This document shows, piece by piece, positions 20,468 to 33,912 of a stretch of 64,000 nt of DNA. A program made the position numbers and the translations under genes. Origin of the DNA: an uncultured Ectothiorhodospiraceae bacterium (GTDB taxonomy: Bacteria > Pseudomonadota > Gammaproteobacteria > J044); assembly GCA_964641615.1 (NCBI GenBank), contig CAZXNH010000008.1, positions 37,717 through 101,716 on the forward strand, read 5' to 3'. Within the stretch, counting starts at the first letter, position 1, and every line of letters starts with the position of its first letter. A model generated the notes under the pieces. The model did not search any database. It worked only from the letters and a program-made list of their open reading frames with translations, and was not told where the DNA came from.

Positions 20468-21021
20468 CCCGGCGTGACATCCCTAATTTAATTACCTTTT
20501 TCAGGTTTGTACTCATCATCCCTGTGGCAGTGGCGTTGCTGGCAGATCGCATGGATATTGCCCTGATACTGTTCGCAGTCGCAGGGTTCTCCGATGGGGT
20601 TGATGGGTTCCTGGCCAGGCAGTTTGGATGGCGCAGCAAGCTCGGTGCCATTATGGATCCCCTGGCCGACAAGGCTCTCATGGTTACCACCATCATCATA
20701 CTGGGCTTCCTGGGACTGATACCCTGGTGGCTGGTCGTCCTGATGGTGTTGCGTGATGTCATTATTCTTGTTGGCGCTGTGTCTTATTTCAGGCTGAACG
20801 GCAAGATAGAGATGGATCCCAGTGTTCTTAGCAAGCTGAATACCTTTTTGCAGATCAGCCTGGTCATTGCTCTTTTATGGAATGCAGGATTTACGCCGCT
20901 TTCTGAATGGTTGCTTCAGGGGCTTATCTTGATTGTAACGGCCAGCACAGTACTTAGTGGGGCGGATTACGTGATTCGCTGGTCGCGGAAGGCTCTGCAT
21001 TCAGTGAACGGTTCCAACTGA
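20464..21021 (+). CDS. CDP-alcohol phosphatidyltransferase family protein
   Basis: 185 aa. DG(x)2AR...G(x)3D(x)3D motif (GFSDGVDGFLARQFGWRSKLGAIMDPLADK) and several TM segments. Confidence 0.8.
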   Translation: MTRRDIPNLITFFRFVLIIPVAVALLADRMDIALILFAVAGFSDGVDGFLARQFGWRSKLGAIMDPLADKALMVTTIIILGFLGLIPWWLVVLMVLRDVIILVGAVSYFRLNGKIEMDPSVLSKLNTFLQISLVIALLWNAGFTPLSEWLLQGLILIVTASTVLSGADYVIRWSRKALHSVNGSN

Positions 21022-21025
21022 TTTC

Positions 21026-21720
21026 TTGCCAAAAATGGTTGAGCAACTCCCATTAAATGTCCGTTTAAAAGACAGTGAGTCTTTTGATACCTATTTTCCG
21101 GCTCAGAATGGTGCGGTTATTCATGCCCTGAAACAGGTTTCGGTTGGGCAGGGTGATTCCCAGCTGTTTATCTGGGGTGGAAAACAAAGTGGTAAGACCC
21201 ATTTGCTGCATGCGGCCTGTAATGAGGCTGCAAAGGCAGGGCGTTCCGCCCTGTTATTAAAATCCGAGGATCTGCTGAGCTATGGCCCCGAGGTATTCGA
21301 GGGCCTGGAACAGATTAATCTTGTCTGCATTGATGACCTGCAGAAGCTGATCACCAGCGATACCTGGGAGCAGGCATTATTCAATTTCATCAATACCCTG
21401 CGTCAGCATGAGGGGGGGCTGTTGCTGGCTGCCGATGCCAATCCCGGAGAGTTGTCTGTGCAGTTGCCGGATCTTAAATCACGCCTGGAGTGGGGGGCGG
21501 TATTCCAGCTACAGCCCCTGCAGGATGAAGAAAAGATACAGGCTTTGCAGGTACGCGCCGCTTACCGCGGGTTTGATCTGCCGGACGAGGTTGGCAGTTA
21601 TCTATTCAGGAGATATCCAAGGGATCTGGAATACCTGATGCGTGTGTTGGAAGCACTCGATGTCGCCAGCCTGGCGGCTCAGCGCCGCCTGACCGTGCCG
21701 TTCATAAAAAAAGTTCTGGA

Positions 21721-21724
<4 letters not shown>
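21026..21724 (+). CDS. hda: DnaA regulatory inactivator Hda (DnaA-paralog AAA+)
   Basis: 232 aa. Walker A GGKQSGKTHLL and Hda-like length. Confidence 0.8.
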
Positions 21725-22702
<978 letters not shown>

Positions 22703-23053
22703 TTAAAGTATATCCAGCACATTTTCAGGTGGACGACCCAGGGCCATTTTTCCCCCGTTAATGACGATAGGGCGTTCAATCAGTTTTGGATTATCGTGCA
22801 TGGCCTGAATGAGCGTGTCTCGATCCAGTGATTCATCCTTAAGACCGAGTTCCTTGTATTCGGCTTCTTTCTTGCGCATTAGTTCGCGCGGTTCAAGACC
22901 CAGTGTGTTCAGAATTTCTTTCAGGGCCTCAACGCTGGGCGGCGTTTTCAGGTATTCAATGATTTCAGGCTCCTGGCCCTGTGCGCGAATCATTTCCAGG
23001 GTTTGTCGAGATTTGCTGCAACGGGGGTTGTGGTAGATGACGACTTGGCTCAT
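22703..23053 (-). CDS. ArsC/Spx-family protein (YffB-like)
   Basis: 116 aa with MSQVVIYHNPRCSKSRQTLE, the ArsC-family CxxS/R motif. Confidence 0.8.
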   Translation of the reverse strand: MSQVVIYHNPRCSKSRQTLEMIRAQGQEPEIIEYLKTPPSVEALKEILNTLGLEPRELMRKKEAEYKELGLKDESLDRDTLIQAMHDNPKLIERPIVINGGKMALGRPPENVLDIL

Positions 23054-23106
23054 GGGTGGCTTCCGTATTACTTGACGCTATATAGTGTGGGTGATAATTT
23101 CGCTGC

Positions 23107-23445
23107 ATGTGTAACAGATGGCTGTTATTGAGTCCAGTTGTGCCAATATTAAAGCAACAAAATAAAATAAAACTCCTTTTAGCTTCCCTTCTTCTTGGTC
23201 TCTTATTAACTGGTTGTGCGGGTATTCCTGTCCAGGAAATGAGTGATGCTCGTCAGGCACTACAGACCGCGGCAGAGGTTGGAGCAAAGGATAAGGCTTC
23301 GACGTTGTATTCTGAGGCTAGTGGGCTATTGACCCAGGCCGAGTCTGCGCTGAAATTATCAGATTATGGAAAGGCGCGTGAACTCGCGGACAAGGCCAAA
23401 GAAAAGGCCATTCTGGCAAGGAAACAGGCTCTTTCTGCCCAATAG
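23107..23445 (+). CDS. DUF4398-like lipoprotein
   Basis: 112 aa. Lipobox LLLTGCAG and an Ala/Lys-rich helical domain. The start codon is uncertain because an in-frame GTG/TTG downstream of 23107 is possible. Confidence 0.5.
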   Translation: MCNRWLLLSPVVPILKQQNKIKLLLASLLLGLLLTGCAGIPVQEMSDARQALQTAAEVGAKDKASTLYSEASGLLTQAESALKLSDYGKARELADKAKEKAILARKQALSAQ

Positions 23446-23564
23446 TTCACATGTAACACATTTCTTCTATAATTTAGGTGAGCTCTCCCTTGACACTTAA
23501 GGGGGTGAAGTGTAGCTTCAGGCTACCAAACTACATTAATAATCTTGCTCAGGAGTCTGCTTTT

Positions 23565-24293
23565 ATGAACTTCCGTATCTTCCGAATTTTTGCTGTCCTG
23601 ATGGTGCTTGGCATCATGGTGGGCTGTGCTTCTACCCCAACTGAAGAACCAAGCGATGCCCAGTCTGAAGCTGCAGCAGCTATTGCCAAGGCTAAAGAAC
23701 TTCAGGCAGAAGCCAGTGCACTGGGTTATGAGTGGCGTGATACTGGCAAAATGATCAAGGAAGCAGAAGCTGCTTACGCATCTGATGACTATGCTACAGC
23801 CACCAGCAAGGCAAATGCAGCAATCGCCCAGCTTGAAGATGCTATTGATCAGTATTATCTCCAGCAGGCCAAGTTCAAACTCGATAAGTACGAGGGCATG
23901 GGTGGTCTGACCGATGAGCAGGCTGCAATGCTGGCAAATGCCAAGGATCTGTACCTGCAGGCCAAGGGTCGCGCAGCTTACGATGCCATCATGGAATTTG
24001 AAGCCAGCCTGGCTGCAAGCCGTATCATGTACACCGTCGTCAAGGGTGACAACCTGTGGAATATCTCTGCCAAAGACACCATTTATGGCAACCCATACCA
24101 CTGGCCCCTGATCTACAAGGCAAATGCTGACCAGATCAACGACCCTGACCTGATCTTCCCTGGCCAGGAGTTTGGTATCTCTCGCACTAACAGTGATGAC
24201 GAAGTAGCAAAGGCCGTATCACATGCCAAGAACCGTGGTGCATGGGCTGTAGGCGCTGCTGAAGAATCTGATAGTAACTATCTGGCTCAGTAA
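23565..24293 (+). CDS. LysM domain lipoprotein with an N-terminal DUF4398-like helical domain
   Basis: About 243 aa from the internal ATG. Lipoprotein signal MNFRIFRIFAVLMVLGIMVGCAS. C-terminal LysM (TVVKGDNLWNISAKD...LIFPGQEFGI). Confidence 0.7.
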   Translation: MNFRIFRIFAVLMVLGIMVGCASTPTEEPSDAQSEAAAAIAKAKELQAEASALGYEWRDTGKMIKEAEAAYASDDYATATSKANAAIAQLEDAIDQYYLQQAKFKLDKYEGMGGLTDEQAAMLANAKDLYLQAKGRAAYDAIMEFEASLAASRIMYTVVKGDNLWNISAKDTIYGNPYHWPLIYKANADQINDPDLIFPGQEFGISRTNSDDEVAKAVSHAKNRGAWAVGAAEESDSNYLAQ

Positions 24294-24321
24294 TCAGCTT
24301 GGCTACTTGAGTAGTTCTTTT

Positions 24322-24346
24322 AAGGGCCCTTCGGGGCCCTTTTTCA
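24322..24346 (+). terminator. Rho-independent terminator after the LysM gene
   Basis: AGGGCCC-TTCG-GGGCCCT hairpin followed by TTTTT. Confidence 0.7.
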
Positions 24347-24353
24347 TTGAAGA

Positions 24354-24629
24354 ATGGATATTCTGCATTGTTATGTAAGAGGAAGAGTCCAGGGGGTTTT
24401 CTTCCGAGCCTGTACCAGGGATCAGGCCGTGTTGCTGGGCCTGGATGGATGGGTGAGAAACCTTCCTGATGGTCGGGTTGAGGTATATGCAACAGGCCCT
24501 GAAAACAGGATCAGGCAACTACACGACTGGCTCCAGCATGGTCCTGAACTTGCTATCGTCGAAGAACTTAAATGCCTTGATGGCCCTGAACTTACCGTGC
24601 ATAGAAAAGGATTCAGGATTACCCGATGA
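24354..24629 (+). CDS. acyP: Acylphosphatase
   Basis: 91 aa with VRGRVQGVFFR and GWVRNLPDGRVEV, the acylphosphatase signatures. Confidence 0.85.
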   Translation: MDILHCYVRGRVQGVFFRACTRDQAVLLGLDGWVRNLPDGRVEVYATGPENRIRQLHDWLQHGPELAIVEELKCLDGPELTVHRKGFRITR

Positions 24630-26419
24630 GTCATAGTCTGGATTCAGAAATTAGTATGGCAGACAAAGAACGGATGCTGGACCAGGTCCTGGAAGACCTT
24701 GTTCGCGACGGTATTGTTGAGGCGGATAAGGCGCGTATGCTTACCTCGGTCATTCGTCCCTCTGAACGTAAAAAAAAGAACCCTTTGCAGATAATTGCGA
24801 ACCGGAACTGGGATGATCCCAGAAGCGAAGGGAGAAAGCTCGATCTTGAATTGCTGACACAGTGGCTGGCTGACCAGTCAGGTTTGCCTCTCTATAGAAT
24901 TGATCCGCTGAAAGTCGATGTGGCAGCCGTCACCTCAGTGATGAGTTATGCCTATGCCTCTCGTTTTGGAATTATGGCGGTCGAAGTTGGCGCGGATGAT
25001 GTCACGATCGGAACAGCGCAGCCATGGATCCGGGAGTGGCAGGGCGAGTTAGAAAGGATACTTTCTAAAACCATCCGGGTTGTCATCATCAATCCTGAAG
25101 ATCTTGAGCGTTACCTGCTCGAATTTTATTCCCTGTCTCGCTCAGTAAGTGGTGCTGAAGAGCATCGTGATAGCCATATGTCTGGTGTCCAGAATCTGGA
25201 ACAGATGATGGAGATGAGCCGTAGCGGCAAGCTGGATGCCAATGATCAGCATGTCGTGAATATTGTGGACTGGCTGTTGCAGTATGCCTATGAGCAGCGT
25301 GCCAGTGATATTCATCTGGAACCCAGGCGTAAACAGGGAAATGTTCGATTCCGTATCGACGGTGTCATGCACACGGTTTACCAGATTCCCACCTCGGTCA
25401 TGGCCGCGGTTACCAGCCGTATCAAGATCCTCGGTCGTATGGATGTCGCCGAGAAACGGCGCCCACAGGATGGAAGACTCAAGACCCGCACACCAGATGG
25501 CAAGGAAGTAGAGCTTCGATTGTCGACGATGCCCACTGCTTTTGGTGAAAAACTGGTAATGCGTATCTTTGATCCTGATGTACTGGTTAAGGACTATAGT
25601 GAACTCGGTTTCAGTGAGCAGACTCTGTCGCACTGGAAGCCCATGATTCACCAGCCAAACGGTATCATTCTAGTTACGGGGCCTACCGGTTCAGGAAAGA
25701 CCACAACTCTTTATACAACTCTGAACGAACTGGCCAGGCCTGAGGTAAATCTCTGCACCGTAGAGGACCCCATAGAGCTGATCGAGCCAAGCTTCAACCA
25801 GATGCAGGTTCAGCATAATATTGGTCTCGATTTCGCCTCTGGTATACGTACGCTCCTGCGTCAGGATCCGGATATCATCATGATTGGTGAGATTCGCGAT
25901 TTGGAAACAGCTGAGATGGCTATACAGGCAGCACTTACCGGGCATCTGGTCTTTTCTACCCTGCACACCAACGACGCCGCTTCGGCAATCACCCGACTGA
26001 TGGAGATTGGTGTCCCACCTTATCTGCTAAAGGCTACCCTGCTGGGTGTTCTTGGCCAACGCCTGGTGCGAACGCTTTGCCCACACTGCAAACAGCCGCA
26101 GGAGACTGATGAGATCCTGTGGACCTCCATGGTATCGCCCTGGAAAATGGCGGCACCTGCCCAGCTATATGAACCAGTAGGCTGTCTGGAATGTCGGCAG
26201 ACAGGGTTTCGCGGCCGCATGGGGATTTATGAAATGCTGCCTATCACCGATGGCTACAAGGCCCTGATGACGGGGGATGCTGATCTGGGTATGCTACGCC
26301 GCCAGGCCTTCAAGCAGGGTATGTTGCCTCTGCGTATTGACGGTGCCCAGAAGGTCGCCAGGGGACTGACCACTATAAGCGAAGTACTCAAGGTAGCCCC
26401 GGTCTCGTTCGAACACTGA
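24626..26419 (+). CDS. GspE/PilB-family secretion ATPase (orphan)
   Basis: 597 aa. T2SSE_N-like N-domain, Walker A GPTGSGKTTTLYT, Walker B DPDIIMIGEIRD, His box LVFSTLHTNDA, and a C-terminal tetracysteine CPHC...CLEC. Its start overlaps the acyP stop. Confidence 0.85.
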   Translation: MSHSLDSEISMADKERMLDQVLEDLVRDGIVEADKARMLTSVIRPSERKKKNPLQIIANRNWDDPRSEGRKLDLELLTQWLADQSGLPLYRIDPLKVDVAAVTSVMSYAYASRFGIMAVEVGADDVTIGTAQPWIREWQGELERILSKTIRVVIINPEDLERYLLEFYSLSRSVSGAEEHRDSHMSGVQNLEQMMEMSRSGKLDANDQHVVNIVDWLLQYAYEQRASDIHLEPRRKQGNVRFRIDGVMHTVYQIPTSVMAAVTSRIKILGRMDVAEKRRPQDGRLKTRTPDGKEVELRLSTMPTAFGEKLVMRIFDPDVLVKDYSELGFSEQTLSHWKPMIHQPNGIILVTGPTGSGKTTTLYTTLNELARPEVNLCTVEDPIELIEPSFNQMQVQHNIGLDFASGIRTLLRQDPDIIMIGEIRDLETAEMAIQAALTGHLVFSTLHTNDAASAITRLMEIGVPPYLLKATLLGVLGQRLVRTLCPHCKQPQETDEILWTSMVSPWKMAAPAQLYEPVGCLECRQTGFRGRMGIYEMLPITDGYKALMTGDADLGMLRRQAFKQGMLPLRIDGAQKVARGLTTISEVLKVAPVSFEH

Positions 26420-26478
26420 TATAGATGGTTTCAGCCGTTGTTCTGTTGTGGGCCTGCCCTGATGGCTGGTATCCTTGA

Positions 26479-29452
<2,974 letters not shown>

Positions 29453-29459
29453 CTATTTT

Positions 29460-30491
29460 ATGCGCCTTGGTCTTCAACAGTTTTATCAACAGCTGGATTC
29501 TCAGCTGGCCTCTATTTACCTGCTCAGTGGAGATGAGCCGCAGCAGATGATGGAAGCGGCCGATGCTATTCGTGCCCGCGCCAGGCAGGAGGGCTATGAA
29601 GAGCGTGAGGTCTTCACTGCAGATAAGGATTTTAACTGGCAGTCCCTGGTTGAATCCTCTAACAGCATGTCACTGTTTGCGCAGCGCCGGATTCTGGATT
29701 TGCGCATGCCCTCGGGAAAGCCCGGACGTGAAGGATCGCAGGCACTCCGTGAGTATGCTGAGCGTCCCCCTGAGGATACGATCCTGCTGATTCAAACAGG
29801 CAAGCTTGAAAAAGGCGCCGATAAGTCCAGCTGGTACAAGGCCCTGGATGCTGCTGGTGTTGTTGTGCAGATTTGGCCTCTGGATCTGAAGCAGACTCAG
29901 CAATGGGTCTCATCCCGCGCGCAGAAAATGGGCCTGAGACTAAATCGGGAAGCGACGGATTTTATTGCCGAGAGGGTTGAAGGCAACCTGCTTGCTGCCG
30001 CCCAGGAGCTGGATAAACTAGTGTTGCTGCACGGCGAGACAGAACTGGATATGGAAGCAGTTCTGTCCAGTGTTGCAGACCAGTCGCGTTATAGTGTTTT
30101 TGATCTCGTTGATGCCGTGCTCGCAGGTGAAAAGCGTCGTTGTCTACGCCTTCTGGAAGGGCTGCGCGCTGAGGGAGTGGAGCCAATACTCATCCTCTGG
30201 GGACTCGCCAGGGAGATTCGCGGACTCTATGACATGGGGCGCAGGGTGCAGCGTGGAGAGGCCGTTGAGCAGGTAATGGCGTCTGCACGGGTCTGGAACC
30301 AGAGAAAGCCGCTGGTGCGTCAGGCCCTGTCACGATTGAATAGCACCCAGCTGCAGGACCTGCTGCGCCGGTGCGCCGAAATTGACCGCTCCGTAAAAGG
30401 GGTGGGAGAAGGCAGTGTCTGGGACGAATTGTTACAATTAATCATTTGCGCATGCGGGGATTGCCTTTTTATACGTACGGCAACCCCTTAA
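29460..30491 (+). CDS. holA: DNA polymerase III delta subunit
   Basis: About 343 aa from ATG 29460. Conserved leuS-lptE-holA order and YLLSGDEP near the N-terminus. Confidence 0.85.
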   Translation: MRLGLQQFYQQLDSQLASIYLLSGDEPQQMMEAADAIRARARQEGYEEREVFTADKDFNWQSLVESSNSMSLFAQRRILDLRMPSGKPGREGSQALREYAERPPEDTILLIQTGKLEKGADKSSWYKALDAAGVVVQIWPLDLKQTQQWVSSRAQKMGLRLNREATDFIAERVEGNLLAAAQELDKLVLLHGETELDMEAVLSSVADQSRYSVFDLVDAVLAGEKRRCLRLLEGLRAEGVEPILILWGLAREIRGLYDMGRRVQRGEAVEQVMASARVWNQRKPLVRQALSRLNSTQLQDLLRRCAEIDRSVKGVGEGSVWDELLQLIICACGDCLFIRTATP

Positions 30492-30509
30492 ACGAGGATT
30501 TACAGGTCA

Positions 30510-31793
30510 ATGAGTGCTTCCATGTCAGAGCCAACACTAGATATCGCAGCCTATATGCATGAAGTCGGGCAGCAGGCCCGTGCGGCCAGCCGCGTACTGG
30601 CTGCTGCGGATCCCGGCAGTAAAAACCGTGCCCTGCTGGCCATAGCCGATAAGCTTGAAGCCAGTTCAGGCATGCTCAGGACTGAAAATGAGAAGGATCT
30701 GGAGGCAGGGCGTGCTAACGGGCTGGATGATGCCCTGCTGGATCGCCTTGCCCTGAATGATGAGCGTATCGCTGGTATGGCCGAAGGCCTGCGACAGATT
30801 GCAGCCCTGCCGGATCCTGTGGGCGAAATCACCAATATGAGCTATCGTCCCAGCGGCATCCAGGTGGGTAAGATGCGTGTTCCCCTGGGTGTTATCGGTA
30901 TCATTTATGAGTCCCGCCCCAATGTGACAGCCGATGCGGCAGGACTGTGTCTGAAATCAGGTAATGCCACGATTTTGCGTGGTGGCTCCGAGGCCATTCA
31001 TTCCAATCGCGCCATCGCGAGCTGTGTGCAGAAGGGGCTTGAAGAGGCGGGGCTGCCCGCAGAGGCCGTGCAGGTCATCGAAACCACTGATCGAGCTGCG
31101 GTTGGTGAATTGCTGCGCATGCAGGAGTTTGTCGATGTCATCATTCCTCGTGGCGGTAAGGGCCTGATAGAGCGTGTCAGCAAGGAGTCACTGATTCCTG
31201 TGATCAAACATCTGGATGGTATCTGCCATGTTTATATTGATGATCGGGCGGATATTGGCAAGGCCGTGTCCGTTGCAGAGAATGCCAAGACCCAGCGTTA
31301 TGGTACCTGTAACACCATGGAGACACTGCTGGTGCACCAGGGAGTGGCTGATGAGGTGCTACCTGCACTCAAGGCGCGTTACGATGAGCATGGTGTCGAA
31401 CTTCGTGGATGTTCGGTAACTCAGGCCATCCTGCCTACGATTAATGAGGCCACTGACGAGGACTGGGATACCGAGTATCTTGCTCCTGTTCTGTCCATCA
31501 AGGTGGTTGCTGATATCGATGAGGCGATCGATCATATCAATACGCATGGCTCGCACCATACCGACAGCATCATTACTGAGGACTATACGCGATCACGGAA
31601 ATTCCTGCGCGAGGTGGATTCCAGTTCGGTGATGGTGAACGCCTCCACGCGGTTTGCCGATGGTTTTGAATATGGCCTGGGTGCGGAGATCGGTATTAGT
31701 ACCGATAAGTTGCATGCGCGTGGCCCCGTGGGACTGGAAGGCCTGACCACGCAGAAATTTATCGTGCTGGGTGATGGTCATATTCGACAGTAA
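30510..31793 (+). CDS. proA: Gamma-glutamyl phosphate reductase
   Basis: 427 aa, an aldehyde-dehydrogenase-like ProA. Confidence 0.95.
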   Translation: MSASMSEPTLDIAAYMHEVGQQARAASRVLAAADPGSKNRALLAIADKLEASSGMLRTENEKDLEAGRANGLDDALLDRLALNDERIAGMAEGLRQIAALPDPVGEITNMSYRPSGIQVGKMRVPLGVIGIIYESRPNVTADAAGLCLKSGNATILRGGSEAIHSNRAIASCVQKGLEEAGLPAEAVQVIETTDRAAVGELLRMQEFVDVIIPRGGKGLIERVSKESLIPVIKHLDGICHVYIDDRADIGKAVSVAENAKTQRYGTCNTMETLLVHQGVADEVLPALKARYDEHGVELRGCSVTQAILPTINEATDEDWDTEYLAPVLSIKVVADIDEAIDHINTHGSHHTDSIITEDYTRSRKFLREVDSSSVMVNASTRFADGFEYGLGAEIGISTDKLHARGPVGLEGLTTQKFIVLGDGHIRQ

Positions 31794-31805
31794 GCAGAAC
31801 CAGGC

Positions 31806-32453
31806 ATGATCGGTATTCTTGGAGGGACCTTCGATCCGATTCATTATGGCCATATCCGCCCGGCCAGGGAGCTGATCGACAGGCTGCCATTCGACGAAAT
31901 ACGTTTCATGCCTTCCTCGGTTCCCCCGCACAGGGCCCAGCCCCAGGCCAGTGCCAGGCAGCGCCTGGATATGGTCAGAATGGCAATCGAAGGTATCGAG
32001 GGCTTTACTTTTGAGACCTGTGAGCTGGAACGCAGTGGTCCTTCTTACATGGTGGATTCACTGCAGGAACTCCGGCAAGGCGTAGGTCGTGATGTACCGC
32101 TGGTGCTGATTATGGGTTCTGATGCCTTTCTGGGCCTGACGGGCTGGGATCGGTGGCAGATGCTGACGGATCATGCCCATATACTGGTGACGCAGCGGCC
32201 GGACTATGTGGTAAGCCCGGAACTGGATCTGGCAGCATGGCTGGCACCCAGGCAGATTAAGCCTGAGCTGCTGGCAGATAGTCCGGGTGGGCATGTGGCA
32301 ATGATCAGCCAGGAAGAGGTGGATATCTCTTCCACGCGAATCCGGGCAATGATTCGTGAGCAACAGGACATACGCGGACTACTGCCCGACCCAGTCTGCG
32401 ACTATATTAAAGAAGAGGGGCTTTATCTGGCCCCGGAAACAGAAGAGAACTGA
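31806..32453 (+). CDS. nadD: Nicotinate-nucleotide adenylyltransferase
   Basis: 215 aa with GGTFDPIHYGH. Confidence 0.9.
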   Translation: MIGILGGTFDPIHYGHIRPARELIDRLPFDEIRFMPSSVPPHRAQPQASARQRLDMVRMAIEGIEGFTFETCELERSGPSYMVDSLQELRQGVGRDVPLVLIMGSDAFLGLTGWDRWQMLTDHAHILVTQRPDYVVSPELDLAAWLAPRQIKPELLADSPGGHVAMISQEEVDISSTRIRAMIREQQDIRGLLPDPVCDYIKEEGLYLAPETEEN

Positions 32454-32804
32454 ATGAATCTCGAAGAACTGACCGAGCTGGTCATAGATGCCCTGGAAGA
32501 CGTCAAGGCCGTAGACATCAAAATCATTGATGTGCGTGGCAGGACCTCGATTACCGATCTGATGGTCATTGCCAGTGGTAATTCCGATCGTCATATCAAG
32601 TCGCTTGCAGATAATGTGATCGTCAAGGCCAAGGCGGCGGGTGTGCAGCCGCTGGGAGTAGAGGGACAGGACAGCAGGGACTGGGTGCTGGTCGATCTGA
32701 ATGACATTGTGGTGCATGTCATGCTGCCCGAGGTCCGCGATTTTTATAACCTCGAGAAACTCTGGCAGGACGATCAGGGGACATCGGCCAGCAAGGGCGA
32801 ATAA
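32454..32804 (+). CDS. rsfS: Ribosomal silencing factor RsfS (iojap)
   Basis: 116 aa, positioned between nadD and rlmH. Confidence 0.9.
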   Translation: MNLEELTELVIDALEDVKAVDIKIIDVRGRTSITDLMVIASGNSDRHIKSLADNVIVKAKAAGVQPLGVEGQDSRDWVLVDLNDIVVHVMLPEVRDFYNLEKLWQDDQGTSASKGE

Positions 32805-32814
32805 TCCTACGCCT

Positions 32815-33285
32815 ATGCGTATTCACCTGCTCGCTATCGGTAATCGTATGCCCGACTGGGTAAACCGTGGCTATGAGGAATATGCACATCGGCTGACACA
32901 GGACTGTCAGCTACAGCTAAAGGAAATACCAGCCGGCAAACGAGGCAAATCTGCCAATACGCAACGCATTATCGAGCAGGAAGGGGAGCAACTGCTTCAG
33001 GCGGTTCCAAAAGGGAACCGGATTGTTACCCTGGACGTCAAAGGTCGCGCCTGGTCCACGGAACAGCTCTCTGAACAACTCGGTCAGTGGATGCAGGATG
33101 GTCGTGATGTCAGTTTGCTTGTGGGTGGACCTGAAGGGCTCTCTGAACAGTGCAGGCAAAAGGCCGATCAGAGCTGGTCTCTCTCACCCCTGACCTTTCC
33201 TCATCCCCTGGTGCGTATTGTCATTGCCGAGCAAATCTACCGGGCCTGGAGTATCCTCCGTAATCACCCCTATCACAGGGCCTGA
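32815..33285 (+). CDS. rlmH: 23S rRNA (pseudouridine1915-N3)-methyltransferase RlmH
   Basis: 156 aa from the internal ATG ([15 protein letters not shown]). SPOUT fold. The ORF track's upstream extension overlaps rsfS. Confidence 0.9.
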   Translation: MRIHLLAIGNRMPDWVNRGYEEYAHRLTQDCQLQLKEIPAGKRGKSANTQRIIEQEGEQLLQAVPKGNRIVTLDVKGRAWSTEQLSEQLGQWMQDGRDVSLLVGGPEGLSEQCRQKADQSWSLSPLTFPHPLVRIVIAEQIYRAWSILRNHPYHRA

Positions 33286-33287
33286 AC

Positions 33288-33890
33288 ATGACATTCTCAT
33301 CTGCTCCTCAACTGGTTCTGGCCTCTGCATCGCCCCGCAGGCAAGAACTTCTGCAGCAGATCGGGGTCTCTTTTACTGTCAGTCCTGTCGACATTGATGA
33401 ATCCCCCTTAATGGATGAATCCCCGGCCACCTATGTTGAACGTATGGCACTGGAAAAGGCACGTGCCGGCTGGGAGACCTCGAATAAGACATTACCGGTT
33501 CTGGGCTCAGATACAGCAGTGGTTATTGATGAGCAGATATTAGGAAAACCGCGTGACAGGGCTCATGGCATGCAGATGTTGCAAAAACTCTCCGGGCGTG
33601 ACCATACGGTAATGACTGCAGTTGCCCTGGTACGGCAACATGAAACTGGTATCAGGCTCTCGGAAAGCAAGGTGGTTTTTTCGGATATTCCTTATGAGGA
33701 ACTAATACGTTACTGGGAAAGTGGTGAGCCTGCTGATAAGGCCGGAGCTTATGCCATACAGGGAAAGGCTGCGGTATTTATCAGTCGACTGGAAGGCAGC
33801 TTTTCAGGTGTTATGGGTTTGCCTTTAAATGAAACTGCGGAATTGCTCACGGGTTTTGGCATCGACCTCACCCTTAACTGGCAAAAATAA
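33288..33890 (+). CDS. maf: Maf-like nucleoside triphosphate pyrophosphatase
   Basis: 200 aa with LASASPRR near the N-terminus. Upstream of rng as in E. coli (yhdE). Confidence 0.85.
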   Translation: MTFSSAPQLVLASASPRRQELLQQIGVSFTVSPVDIDESPLMDESPATYVERMALEKARAGWETSNKTLPVLGSDTAVVIDEQILGKPRDRAHGMQMLQKLSGRDHTVMTAVALVRQHETGIRLSESKVVFSDIPYEELIRYWESGEPADKAGAYAIQGKAAVFISRLEGSFSGVMGLPLNETAELLTGFGIDLTLNWQK

Positions 33891-33912
33891 AAAAGCGGAA
33901 AAGCAAAATATC

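Noticed and set aside
23071-23099. TTGACG-17 nt-TAATTT promoter-like element containing a GCTATATAGTGTG NrdR-like half-match, upstream of the DUF4398 lipoprotein
   Set aside because: Only a single, partial NrdR-box match, whereas NrdR sites normally come as tandem pairs. The downstream genes have no link to dNTP metabolism. The promoter call is plausible but too close to the annotated ATG to be confident.
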